From Negaprion brevirostris (Eukaryota): a stretch of DNA of 63,516 bases. The notes beneath the pieces are model-generated. The model did no database searches. It was not told the DNA's origin and saw only the letters and a list, made by a program, of their open reading frames with translations. Below, piece by piece: positions 12,213-24,720 of the stretch. Made by a program: the position numbers and the translations under genes. Where the stretch lies: positions 4,280,981 through 4,344,496 of the forward strand of contig JARDVH010000185.1 in the NCBI GenBank assembly GCA_030324005.1, read 5' to 3'. Within the stretch, counting starts at the first letter, position 1. Every line of letters starts with the position of its first letter.

Positions 12213-13145
12213 AGTCATGGGAGTGTGGTGTGGTGTGGTGGGGTAGATGGTTCTTTTTTTTAAACTTTCCTCTGTGTGTGTGTGGTTGTTGATGGAAACA
12301 GGCAGATCAGTTTGGGAATATAGACAGGTACAACTTTAGGATTTTAATCTGCTTAAAATGAAGGTCTGACTATCGTTTATTTTCATTGGCTCTCCCAGCT
12401 CAGTGAGCTGCAGTCTACACCAAAAGTAACTTTATTGTTCATTGCACAGAATGCAGTTATAGAGGCAGGAGCTCAGTTTGCAATTTGTGAAGGGAAAAGC
12501 AGCTGGAAGATTTGCCCAGCTCAAAGCTAGAGGAAGAAACCTACAGTGGTCCTCACAAAGCCTTGTAGCAAAAGGCAGTTTGTAGTTAGCTTGAAACAGG
12601 TACAGAGAAAGCATCTGCCAGAAACTGGACATCAGCTCTGGGGTCACCAACTATACAAAAGCTGAGAGAGCAATCAGAAGGCCATTAGGAACCAGGAGCT
12701 ATTCTTTATATTTAAATCCCCAAGTAAGAAGGCAGTGAAGCCCAAGATTGAACTGAAAAGTTCACAGTCATGAGCTTTTAATTGGAAGATCACTCGGGCA
12801 AAAGGTAATAGAAAGACCCCGATGAAATTCCATACCAGCTGTAAAGTTGTGGCGAGTTAAAGTAAATACCAAAGGGCTGCAGCACACCTTGTGGGTCAAT
12901 CTGTAAACAAACGACTGAACCTTCAAGATTCTTGTAATGCAAGAGGGAGTTAAAAAAAAGCAACATTAATGGCATAAGTCTTTAAAAGCTATTGTTAAGT
13001 TGGTAGCACTTGCTTTCTTTAATTTCTTTTTATGTACAATAAAGTTTGTCTTTGTTTAAAGATCTGTGGCATAATTATTTTTTGATAAGTCACTGAGTGT
13101 CGTATTTCTCTTTAAATCTTACAGTCCTGAATTGAACAATAACAC
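12213..13145 (+). mobile_element. Probable solo LTR
   Basis: ~930-bp non-coding block with AATAAA at ~13038, U5-like T-rich segment and ...aataaca end; 5' TG and TSD not clear. Confidence 0.35.
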
Positions 13146-15209
13146 CTATTACAGAGTCACAGGAAGACTGATAAAAATACACATTTTATCATTATTAGTT
13201 GGTATATTTCTCCCCCTCCTCCAAAGATAAGCTACTTTATTCTTGCAGTTGCAGGAAATCTCTAAAGCCAGCACTATAATTAGTGTCATCTGTACTTCTA
13301 CATACACTGTGTTCACCAACCTCAAATGAAACCCATCTTTACCAGCAATTTTCTTTGAAAGAATTACTACATAGCATTTAATCCCAGAGCAATAGTTTCC
13401 ACAACACTGATTGGGTGACTTATGTCATTCGCGTCCCCTTTTATCAGTAAAGGCACTCCGAAACCAGATAAAGTTACAAAGGAAAAAGTAGAGACTGCCT
13501 TGAGAATCCAGCAATTCTCTTTAGTGAAATAAGCAGGGAGAATAATATTGATCAGTACAGCATAAGGAGTCTATGGTAATTCTTCATTTCATATACTGCT
13601 CAGAATTTCTCTGGGCTTCCGTTCATTGCGCAGATGTGGGATTCCCTTTGCTTCCCGACAGCCAAATGGTGTAAGAAATGCAGCATGAGAAAAGGCCCCA
13701 TTAAAACAAAACCACTGTTTGAATAGAGAATCTCCCCCACCCCACCTGGCCCCCATCCCCACTTAGGGGCCAAGCTTCCATTGACAATAATAATTGAAAT
13801 CAGTGGTTCAGTGTACAGGCAATCTTAGACAAGACTCACATCACATTCACTCCACCATGTAGCAACAATCCCAAGAAATGACCCTTGAGCCAGACACGGG
13901 TTGGGATTGTAACACGATTGTCAATTTTTCAAAAAAAAATAAACACTGCCATGGATGATCGGTACACCCAACAGTCTACAACAACAAGATGTGTTATTCT
14001 GCAAAGCAAGATAGCAGAAAGAAGAAATAAATACAGAAATTCGCTGCGTGGTGCTGACTGACAGGTGTGGCAGGAGAAACAGAGCGCAACTCCTGAGTAA
14101 CTTAAGTCCTCAGCCAACTGAGTTTAGAATAAACAGCCCAGCCCTTGCACTATGCAAATACATTTTCTGTTCTCATGTGGGCGGGCCTGTAATAAAAATG
14201 ACCCTGGCACAGGATCTGAGGCTGGCAGTTTCTGGAGGTCAAGAACCAGGAACCAAACAGTTCTAAACAGTCTAGGCTGTGAAAGGTACGGGTTTTTTTC
14301 TATTTCTTTTTCCATGATGCAAACTGTTTTAGAAATGAGAAAAAAAGAAATGGGATGGTGCTTGCCCAGGATTATGAAAGGGATAACATGGTTTTCCCAG
14401 CTCAAAATGGGAAACCGTCCCTTCAATTTATTATCCGCTCGGTACTCTAAAGCACATGACAACTGAATAATGAAATTTCAATATTNNNNNNNNNNNATGG
14501 AGTATAATGCTATCATGAACACAAATCATTCACCTCAAAGTCGCTGCTCCCTTAATAAACACAGCCAATCTTGAAAACAAGAACGAGAGAAGGAGATTAG
14601 TCATTTGAAACCAAGAGACGATATCACCAAAATAAGTACATTGCAAAGGTTTCATTCACCTCCAGCTGGGTTATTCTGACAGGTCAGTCAAGATTTTCTT
14701 TTCCTCCAACTTTCTCAGGGTAGTTTCCTGTTTTCAACCTCTTCAGTTTAATTTGCAGCTGTTCGCTTTGGGCCATTCCACAAGAAGGTGACAATAAGTG
14801 CTGCAGAACATGCACACTGGATAGATGACTCCCATTATAAACCAGCTAATGACTGGGACAGCTAATCGCGGTGAGTTGGAAGAAACTTTTTTGATTCCAT
14901 GTAACATAAGATATTATCACGGCCACTGATTCAGATCACAATAAATTGCATGTTCGTCACACAGGATTATGATAATGCAAGTGATTTCTATTATATATAC
15001 TTTCTTTGTCCCTCTATATGAGACGGATTCTTCCGTCTCTCTTCTAGAACAAACTCTTGCAGTCTGGAAACTATATTCTAATTTCAATCACTTGTCTAGC
15101 TGTATTGTTTCAGTAACAATATTCACAATTGAACTGAAATGCTGAGCAATTCAGATAACTTGCTGAAAGATTAGAAGTACAGGACTAAAAAATGCAATGT
15201 TGTTGACTC

Positions 15210-16860
15210 TGAAATGCTTTATGAAATGGCCCAACAACCCACTCAGTTGTATTAAGCCACTATGAAGTCTAAAAGGAATGAAACCAGATGCAACACCCGG
15301 CATCAACCTGGGCACCAGAAACGACAATTCCTCTCCCAGCCCTGTGGATCCTGCAAAGTTCTCCTTACTAACATGTGGGGCTTGTGCCAAAATTGGGAGC
15401 TCTCACTCAGACTAGTCAAGAAACAATTCAACATTGGCTGTAAGATATGATTCATTGAAAATGACATTATGCCCATCCTTGGATGTGTTGTCCCACTAAC
15501 AGGACTGACCCATCAGAGATAATGGCACTGTCCATTGCCCTGGGAGTTCTCAACATCGAATCAAGGCCCATAAAGTCTCATGGCATCATTGGCAAGGAAA
15601 ACGCTAGCTAGTTACCACCTACCATCCTCCTTCAGCTGAATCAATACTCCTCCATGTTGAATACCACTTGGAGGAAACAAAGTGGTACGGGCACAGAATG
15701 AACTGTTTGTGGGGAAGAGAAGACTTCAATATCCATCATAAGAGTGGCTTGGTGACCACCATTACTGACCGAGCTGGCTCCGTCTTAGAAGGACATAGAT
15801 GCTGGAATGGGTGGTGGAGGAGGAACCTACTTGTCCTCACCAATTCACCTGTCACAGATGCATCTGTCCATGACTGCATTGCTAAGAGTGACCACTGCAA
15901 AGTCCTTGGGAAGACAAAGTCACATACAAGGTCCTGATGTAAAATTAAGGAAACTGTGAGAGGACTAACACCTCACACTGCATATTTTTATAAAATAGAG
16001 ATATTCTTATGGCTATTTCTAAAATTTTAAAAACTGGACAAAAACCCTTAAGCTATGTTGATCTGTGTCTCAGAGCAATCAGACAGTATTGCAGAGACTT
16101 GCATCTCGTAATGTTCAGACACGCTCGGGTTGCAGAGGCCAAACTCAAAGAGAACTATGCATACACGAAGGCCATCTGCATTTCAGAACCCAGGCTGACT
16201 AACCAGAATCTACTCATCTGCTAGCTCTCCTTTCCATCCTTAATGATGGAACTATCAACTAACTCAAGAACCCAGAAGAGGGATACACATCCCTTATCAA
16301 AGGCAGTTTGGAGTGTGGGAGATATGTTACGTGGACTCCTAATTTGTGGAATATTTATTTTGTCTTGCTGTGTTGCAAATTCGGTCTGCTATTTTACCAT
16401 CTAACTGGCAGCATCACAGAAAAGTAGCTCAGGTTGAATCCTTAACCTCATCTACAAAGTCTATTGGAACATCTGTATCATTGTCACCGAGAAGACCGAT
16501 TCCTTCCACATACCTCTCCCCTCATGTTAAGTCAATTCTACTGTAAAAGTGAATTATGTACTTTCAGCCTGCTGACCTCTGTGGAGGAATACCTCACTGG
16601 ACTTTGACTCTGGTCTTTAGGCCCACATGAATCAATATTTCAAAGTGCCAAGTGAATAATCCATTTGGCTTCCTCCAGGTCTCCAATTCAATTCACTCTG
16701 AGATATCAAGAAATGGATGAAGGCAATGGATTCTATGAAGGCTATAAGTCTGACCACATTCTGGCAACAGTACTAAAGATTTGCACTCCAGAACTAGCCA
16801 TGCTTTTCCAATATAGCTACAATACTGGCATCTATCTGGCAATGTGGAAAATTGCCCAAA
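15210..16860 (+). mobile_element. LINE fragment (endonuclease N-terminus to RT-proximal part), interrupted at ~15935-16570 by an LTR-like insert
   Basis: LTNMWGL...ELSLRLVKKQ (APE N-terminus), EDFNIHH; KICTPELAMLFQYSYNTGIYLAMWKIAQ at 16770-16860. Confidence 0.7.
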
Positions 16861-16898
16861 ATACATGATCATCAAGCACAACTGTACAAGTCGTTTTT

Positions 16899-17016
16899 TA
16901 AGTCTGACAACACCAGGTTTTAGTCCAACCGATTTATTTGATAGTAAACTCACTAGCTTTCGAGGGGATTCCCTCTTCGTCAGGTGAATGGAGAGTTCTG
17001 GCCTCAGACAGAGCAT
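16899..17016 (-). mobile_element. 118-bp Penelope pseudo-LTR insertion with 11-bp target-site duplication
   Basis: TSD AAGTCGTTTTT at 16888-16898 and 17017-17027; tail aaataaatcggttggactaaaacctggtgttgt homologous to the 2369-2735 arms. Confidence 0.85.
16948..16989 (-). ncRNA. Minimal type I hammerhead ribozyme motif (Penelope-associated)
   Basis: Minus strand AUUCAC-CUGACGA-A-GAGGG-aauc-CCCUC-GAAA-GCUA-GUGAGU: intact CUGAnGA and GAAA core, 6-bp stem I, 5-bp stem II, palindromic AGCU stem III. Confidence 0.8.
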
Positions 17017-18284
17017 AAGTCGTTTTTGCCAGCTATACTGGAAATGTGTTCAGACGTCAGGTGTATAGGTACCTTATTGAGTGAGGCTTCCGTCAGTTTA
17101 AACAAAGTAATGTTAAAATGAAAGAAATTTTACTGTAGGGCCACCAGTTGAATGTCGGTAACAAACCCTTGAGAAACAATTAAATATTAAATCAAACTTC
17201 AAATTCTACATAGTTTAGCTTCCAAACACACCTGTCTCTCGTCCTGCAGAAAATCAATTTGCTGTGAGGGTACAAAGTGATTTGACCCAGCCCTTTGGAT
17301 GTGAAAGTGCAGCTTTGAGACTTGATGCTGCTCCTCTGCCAGGGGCCCCTAATTCTGCCTGTGCCTGAATTTTGAGGATCCAAAAGGATTTGAGCGCTAC
17401 GTTTGAGCATGGTCACAATGCTTGTCGGGCATTACTGACCAAAACTAGCTCCAGGATCACTATTTGCCGCTTAAAGCCCACGCTCGTTCAAAGGGAAATT
17501 TAAAGCACTCTGGGGAGATAGATTTGGAAGTGCAAACTCATGCATCAAAGTTTCCTGGTCACGGACATACTGCTACAGTAATTTTCTGATTGTAAATATC
17601 CTCCAGAACAGGATTACAGAAACTTGCGAATAGCCAGCAATAGTACAGCCTGAAATTTCACCCAGAAATCTAAGTAGCTAATGAGCAGTTTGGGAGTATA
17701 CTTTGCAACCATGCAAACATTTCATTTTGCTTTGAATGCTGCAAACTCCATGCTTCACCTGCATGAGGAATCCATGACATTTTTAATCAGACTGTTGAAT
17801 TATCAAAGACTTGCATCAAAGGAGATTAAACCAAACGTGACTGTAAATATATGACCTGGAATGTCAAGATGTGGAAGTCATAGCTGTCTGAGACTAATTC
17901 ACTGGAACAGATACAATGCCAACTGGTTGAATGAGATTGCCCGGTGTCCACTCAAACGGCAATATTGTACTTTTCTTGGAATTTGAGTGATTGCTTTGTG
18001 GGGTTCACCCTAAATGCATGTGAAAGTTTGCAAATAATTTGAGAGAAATCTATCCTTGAGGGTAACCTGTGTTTGGGCCTATTATTTCAATAGGTTTATA
18101 GTTTAAGGATGTTATATGTAGTAAGGGTGAAAGATTAGCATGTTGTTAGTGTTATGAGATAGAAAGGTCTGATATTAAAGCCCGTGACTAAATGGATGTT
18201 CTCAATGTTGGATCCAAATAACTGATTTCTTTCTGTAAGCTTTTTAAAAATCCAGTTCCCTAATTTGTGCTATAACTGCTGTAC

Positions 18285-18365
18285 AAAAAACCTCAAATTT
18301 ATATAGCGCCTTTCATGTCCTCAGGAAAATCCGAAGTGTTTCACAGCCAATTATTTACTGTTCTA
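18285..18365 (-). mobile_element. DeuSINE/L2-type 3' tail
   Basis: Reverse complement ends cctgaggacatgaaaggcgctatataaat. Confidence 0.7.
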
Positions 18366-20346
18366 ATGTCACAAATCAAAATCCATTCAGGATACTGCAT
18401 TATTTCATTTCTATTTATGCAGTTAGAATCAACCACAAACATCACACTGCTTCTCAAAAGGACAAAATCTACACAGGCTTCTGTCAAATGGAACTAGGAA
18501 TGACCAAAAATGATTGAGGTTGAGGGGCACATTATTTCCATCTGCTCTGTGTGTGAAGACGTCTTGACCTTGTAACCACTCATATCCAGAAAGCAGTGAG
18601 GGAGGCAAGAACTTGACTGTGCCCAGCCTCCAACCATTCCACGTTATGAAACTGGGCTAGCTTGAGGGGGGTCTCTCCCACACTCCACAACCAAATAATT
18701 AAATTAACTCTAATAAGTTTAACCTGAATTACATGACTAACAGCTACCAATCTTTAAACCATACATGCTCTAAAAGGCAAAAGTGTCGGTGCAGCACTAG
18801 CGAAATAACCAGCTTTTGCAATTCGACTCCAACCATACCAAAAAGATTGTGGACTGGAAACCACCTGCTTTCCCCAAAATAAGTTATTTCTCTCCCCGTG
18901 ATCTCATTGTACTCTGACTCAGCTATTCCAGCTTCATAAAGCTGGGAATCACCAGTCAAAAAATCCCCTTCACTGCTACTTCACAGCATAAAGCACCAGC
19001 ACACCTACGGATCTACACAACTGTTATGTATGTCCAGTGCAATGGTGTAACATACCATGCCTTAGTGAGGTACAAGCTTCATAAGCAATTCCCACCCAGT
19101 GACTATCAAAGTATGGTTCAGGACAGAGTGAGGAAAGTGGCTTAATTCCAAGAGCCTCAGAGGCTAGTTGCGAAGAGAGAGGATAAGTAATAAAACTATC
19201 TGAATACCAGACCTATTTACAATGGTCAAGAACAGGCTGCAGTTAAAACGGCAATTTGTGGCTAGTCTTGGAACATCCTGCAGTATCTGTACTCCCCCCA
19301 CCACTACATGGTCCAGCCAAAGCACCTTTAAAGCAGCTGGCCTGCAAATGTTCCCTGCTTCTAATTGGAGACACAGGATTGCTTCATCACAATGAGCCAC
19401 AGATCTGTAAGTTTGAAGGATTCAGCTTCAGACTGGATCTGGTCATTTTGTCAAGCAATCAGAAAGACAAAAACAGAAACATGCAGAGACTTAAGGCAAC
19501 TGCTGTGGAGTCTCTTTGACATATGTACATTTTAAAACAGAGAGTTAAGGCCACCCAAAATCAATCTCATTTGTTGCCAGCCAACCTTGGCCACATTTAA
19601 TAGGCCATTTGTCAAATGGCACAGGAGCCATTTTCCAACCTATAACAAAGCTTTTTCACAACAGCTCACTACTTCCCATGTGCGCCCAACCCAGGGAACT
19701 ACGACAGAAACCAGCCATTACAGATTAAACTTTTCAGACTTGTGAATCTGACTGTGGCTTGTTGTTACAACGATAGCAGAAAGTAACCTAGTGGCAGGCA
19801 GCTTCTTCCAGGACATGGGCAAGCAGGCGGTTGTGTGGGGGGCAGGGCGGGTTGTGTTGGTGGTGGTGGACATTTGCAATAAAGCCTGAATTCACCAGAA
19901 ACAAGACCTATCAGAATTAACAATGGAAGGAGAAAGAATTTTAGTGCGACTCCCACTGGAAAAATGTCTGTTATGAGACATATTTTATACAACGTGGCCA
20001 TGTTTCAGAGTGAAACCAGGCTGAACTGCTCACATTGAGGATCAGAAATTAATTAGCAACACTTTTTGTACAAGAGCAACCAAGATATGAATGCCATAGC
20101 AAAGCAAACAAAAACCTTGCCTTCCACCGTACATCCTGCCGCTCAGCGAGATTGGTGAACACCTGAGCCTCACTGTAAGCAAATGTCCGACACAATGTTG
20201 TGCACAGATTTCAAAACTAACCCAGTCAACTTTACCTGAAATATAGCCACACGTGAAATGTATTTGAAATTAGAAATGTACCAAACAGCAACACTGAATA
20301 TTTATACAAGTCTACATCCATTAATACAGCTCAAAAAATAACTCAC

Positions 20347-20361
20347 GTTAGATACTCCTTT
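20347..20361 (-). other. Candidate 15-nt microexon
   Basis: ttttttttcacAG|AAAGGAGTATCTAAC|GTGAGT. Confidence 0.3.
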
Positions 20362-20950
20362 CTGTGAAAAAAAACTGTGTTTAATTAAACCATATTTGCA
20401 GAAGATATCTTAAACAGGAAGAGAAGGCACTGGACTTCTATGCCAATGTACCCAACTAATTGAAGCCTGGAGGCATCAAATTATAAAGGGAACACCTATT
20501 CCATTGACTGAAATAACCAGCCACAAAGCAGATTGCAACATAAGTTTCAGAATAAGTATAGCCTGAAGTTACACACACCACTTTGCTTTCATTTTTATTT
20601 TTAGATTATAAAATTCACATCTCACAATCTCCCTCAACACATACCCTGAACAGCCTTCCCAACAATACATCTCAAACTGGCCAGGAGCCATTTAACACAA
20701 TTACACAATGTAAATAAATGAGACAACAACTGCTCAAACCTCTTTAATCTTTTTAAGGCTGGCTTTTTCTACCTGCAATGGCACATTTAAGAAGCTGTAT
20801 CATCAAGACTTTCTGTACCTTTACTCCAATTGAGGAACTTGCTCTAAATCTACATTGAGTTTTATTTGTCACATTTCCTCCCATTCCATTGTACTGTTTG
20901 CTTTGACAGGCCACCTATGGTATTCCTCTATACTCATAAGATAGATGCAT

Positions 20951-20973
20951 GAGAGAGAGAGAGAGAGAGAGAG
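20951..20973 (+). repeat. (GA)n microsatellite
   Basis: gagagagagagagagagagagag. Confidence 0.95.
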
Positions 20974-21599
20974 TGGGAACGAGCGAGAAAGAGAGAGAAT
21001 ACATCGTTGTTTAGAAGGAATCCTAAAATATCCAAAGGAGTCAATTGAAAAGGTTTCTACTAAAAGTAAAACCCCATTGATTTGGCCTGTCATTTAGAAA
21101 TATTTCTTCATTTTCAATTAATAACAGCTATATTTCTGGAAATGTGCCATGATGAAATTTGATAGAATGGGTGAACTCTTGGTCCTATGATAATACAAAT
21201 TAAATACAAACTGTGCAGTGCACGTTTCTTATTAGAATACATCCTAATCAAGATATGTTCACATGAAAAATAAAGCATACCACTGATAAGTGGATAATGT
21301 TAACTCAGGCTCGTACTGATCTGAAATGAATTCAGCTCAATGCCAGTTAATCCTGGTGGAATCTTTTGCAGGAAGTAGCTAAGTGTATTTCACTGATGCT
21401 GAAATCATGATTTCCCATGTGTTTGTGAAAGAGATCTACACAGTGTGTAATGGAGATGATTCCTTGAAAGGCTGCCTCTAGGTCTCACACTCTCACTTGG
21501 AAGTCCTGCTGTGGATTGTTGGGGACTGCAGTGAGGTGATCTTTCCCATCGATAGGAAGAGGACAACATCTCCAATTAAACAGGCATAGATGGAAGTGG

Positions 21600-21930
21600 T
21601 TGTAAACTACAGGGTTAGGTAGGGGAAAACTGTTTCCACTCATGAAAGAATCAAGTGGGCCCGGATTTAAAATAGTTTGGAAAATGAGCAAATGCAACAT
21701 GAAAAATAATTTTTCACACAGCGAGTGGCTAAGTTCTGGAATGCATGGCCTGAGAGTGTATTGAAGGCAGATTCAGTGGAACCATTCAAAAGGGAGTTAG
21801 ATTGTTATTTAACAAAGCATTCAGGGTTATGGATGGAGGACAAGAGAAAGGTGCAAAGTGAATTGCTTGTTCAGAGAGCTGATGCCGGCGTAATGGCCCG
21901 AATGGCCCCCTGTACTATTACATTTTGGTG
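21600..21930 (+). mobile_element. CR1 LINE 3' end
   Basis: FTQRVAKFWNAWPESVLKADSVEPFKRELD; tail ggcccgaatggccccctgtac. Confidence 0.85.
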
Positions 21931-23079
21931 AAAATGTCAGAAGGAGCAATATGCTGCAGGGGTGGGTTTACCTTCCTTCAGCCACATCAGATATCATTGT
22001 GGTAAGAAAAGCATTTTGGGACCAAATCATATTTTCATTTGAAGGAACAATCTTCCTTGTGATTTCATTAGACTGTCTAAACATTACTTCATCTGGGATA
22101 ATTAAATCTAGCTTTCCACCACGATGGAGAATCTCTCCGTCATAGAGAAAATGATGGATGAGCCCGGAGATTCAAAATCCTGCCCGCAAAAATGGCATTT
22201 CCTATTTTCATGGGGTGGGACAGGAGTCAGGCTGGGGTTTGTGCATGTATAGAACACAGAGGAAGCTGACCATTCAAATCACCAGCTGCCTCCACTGGAG
22301 TAAGATTTTGGTAGGGCAGGAGTGTGTAACCGGGAATGCTTCAATTGGACCAGGTCAGAGATGGTCTCGACTTGGTTGATTTGTTCGGATAGCCATGGGT
22401 ACCCGCCTTGGATATGGTCCTGGGATACTATTGGGAGAAGTATAGCAGCCTTTGAGAAAGGTAAGCCATCCTTTGGAAGATGTAAGGCATTATTTGGGTT
22501 TGTTAAAAATGAACATGATTGTCCATATAAAGGCCATAAGCGCATTGGAATTGCCAAGTTGTCAAAGAGCCATCAGGATGTCAAAGATCATCAAAACTGT
22601 CAAAGAACTGTCAAAACTATCAAAGAACTTACAGGCTGTAAAGAACGTGTCAACGGATATTNNNNNNNNNNNNNNNNNNNNNNNNNNNNNNNNNNNNNNN
22701 NNNNNNNNNNNNNNNNNNNNNNNNNNNNNNNNNNNNNNNNNNNNNNNNNNNNNNNNNNNNNCCCCACAGGTATGCTATCTACTTTTTAACAACAATTTAT
22801 ATTTCTAGATCTTCCTTTTTTACAACTACGGTTGCTACCCAACTGAAACTCCCAAAGACTAGTGAATGGTGTGTCAGTGAAAGAAAGGAACTCTCTACTA
22901 ATTAAGTAAACTTCCTCAACTGCTGTAGGCTGAAGTTCCACTGGTTCAATTAAAAAAGTTGAAGATTGTTCCACAAAGGTCATTGTGTTGATTGAATCCT
23001 TGGTGTCATCAGTTTTATTTCCAGAATTCCTTGAGGAATGCCAATAATCCCCCTAGTAAGATCGAGCTGTGAACACATT

Positions 23080-24720
23080 AGGCCCTGTTTTGATTCTAAG
23101 TGCTGGGCAGACTTGAAACTGGGAAAGTTTCAAATCCGACTTTTAGACCTGTTCTCAGGGTCCCCATATGCATTCTGCTTGTAAAGATTCCAGTGATTCT
23201 GAATTGAGCTGCACAAGGATATGGGCTTAATGTGCCCAAAATCCTGCAGGTCCGATTGGAGCCTCCAGCTGCGTGTGCGGAAAAAAATGAAAGAATGCTG
23301 CTCCCCTGCTCCATCCCTCCCAGGCCGAATAATGCCTCCTCCTGGCTCCCACAGACATTGACCCAGCCCCCCAATGTTAGTGATCCCCTTATCCTTCCAG
23401 CACCCAGACAGATCGTGGCCGCCTCCCTCCTTCCCCCTCCAATCTCAGACAGGGAGGCAGTGGACACCCCTTCACCCCACTGATCTCAGGCAGGATGGCA
23501 GCAGACCCTCCTCCACCAATCTCAAGCAGAGAGCCATTGGACACTCCTTAATAACCCTCCCTGACAGAGCACCCAAATCGGTCCTTTGCGGAGCATGTCT
23601 GTTTCATGCCGATTCTGGATTGGCGAACACAGTGGTGAAGGGGGAAGTGCCAGTAAAGTTGGGCGTGCAGCTCATTAAGTCAATTTAAATGCATGCAGAT
23701 GCATTTAAATGGCCAACGCGCCTGTTCCAAGCACGGTCCCAATGGCGGCCATTTTTGGGCCTTGGAAAAGACACGGTGCAGAGACAGACGTGGATTGTGC
23801 CACTCGCCTCAATCCTGACTTTACCAAGTTTTCATGCCCGAAAACAGGCGGAATGCAATGGTAAAATTGAGCTAACTGATTGTGAACAAATAAGGCAGAA
23901 TTTTACCAACTTGCCCCACCCCTCGATGGGCAGAGCGGCGAACTAGTAAAATTGTGCAAGAGCAAAGTACTCAGAATCACACCCAATTTCACAGTTCTCA
24001 TGATTTTATGAGAGCTGGATTTCTGGCACGGTCAGCCTCTCGCTGGAAATGGGTGAGAGGCTGAATAATTTACTCAAATATATTGAAATTCTGATTTGTG
24101 TTTAGTGAGCCCGGCACTCAATCATCTGGGCTCTCTTGCCTTTGTGGCCTTGTCGGGGGATGTTCTCTCTGGCGAGGAGAACGCCTGCTCCGCACGAACA
24201 GGGAACAGCGCTGTTGGCCTCATCGGTAGAACCGGGAGCCTGCCATTGAGGCCCCTTGGGGAAAGGGGATGTACTGTGAGGCTTGGCAATGCCCAGCGGG
24301 CACCTTAGCACTGCTCTTGGGCAATGCCAGGGGCCGGAGGCTGTAGGAACAGGGACTATGGGGCATGGCCAATGGGGATGGGCTTGTGGGGTGGAGCCTA
24401 TGGGGTGGAGACTGTAAGGGTGGGGCATGAAGGGGTGGCCCGATGGAGGGGAGAGGTGGACCCTGCTGCCGCTCTGTAACAGAATCAGATTGAGGCAGGG
24501 GGCCAATCAGTCTGGGTGACATAGGGGCTAGATGCCTATGTGTCTGTCAAGCCCCTGCAGTTGCTATTGAGCATGTGCAGAATCAGAGAGCTGCACATGC
24601 GCTGTGGATCCCTCTGCAGGCTGGTGGTGAAGTAAGCCCAGCCCACTGCTTGCAGCAGCTCGAAACAGTCCACATCATTTTTTTCATTGACTAAGGTGTT
24701 GTAAACCAATGCCAGCATGA
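23080..24720. mobile_element. Two adjacent GC-rich non-autonomous repeats (probable DNA-transposon derivatives)
   Basis: Abrupt GC-rich blocks; ends ...ggtaaaattgagc (~23870) and ggcagaattttacc (~23893); internal 12-bp palindrome atttaaatgcat-gcag-atgcatttaaat at 23683-23710; superfamily not established. Confidence 0.5.

Noticed and set aside
14660-14920. Short minus-strand ORFs (MAQSEQLQIKLKRLK...; MLHGIKK...) before a GAG|GTGAAT donor
   Set aside because: All frames stop before the donor; no clear acceptor or recognisable homology
22627-22645. Apparent 3-nt minus-strand microexon ttctttacAG|CCT|GTAAGT
   Set aside because: Lies inside a degenerate simple repeat; chance occurrence is likely
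23096-24522. Several 80-134-aa ORFs on both strands
   Set aside because: They arise from GC-rich repeat sequence; no transposase or other motifs recognised
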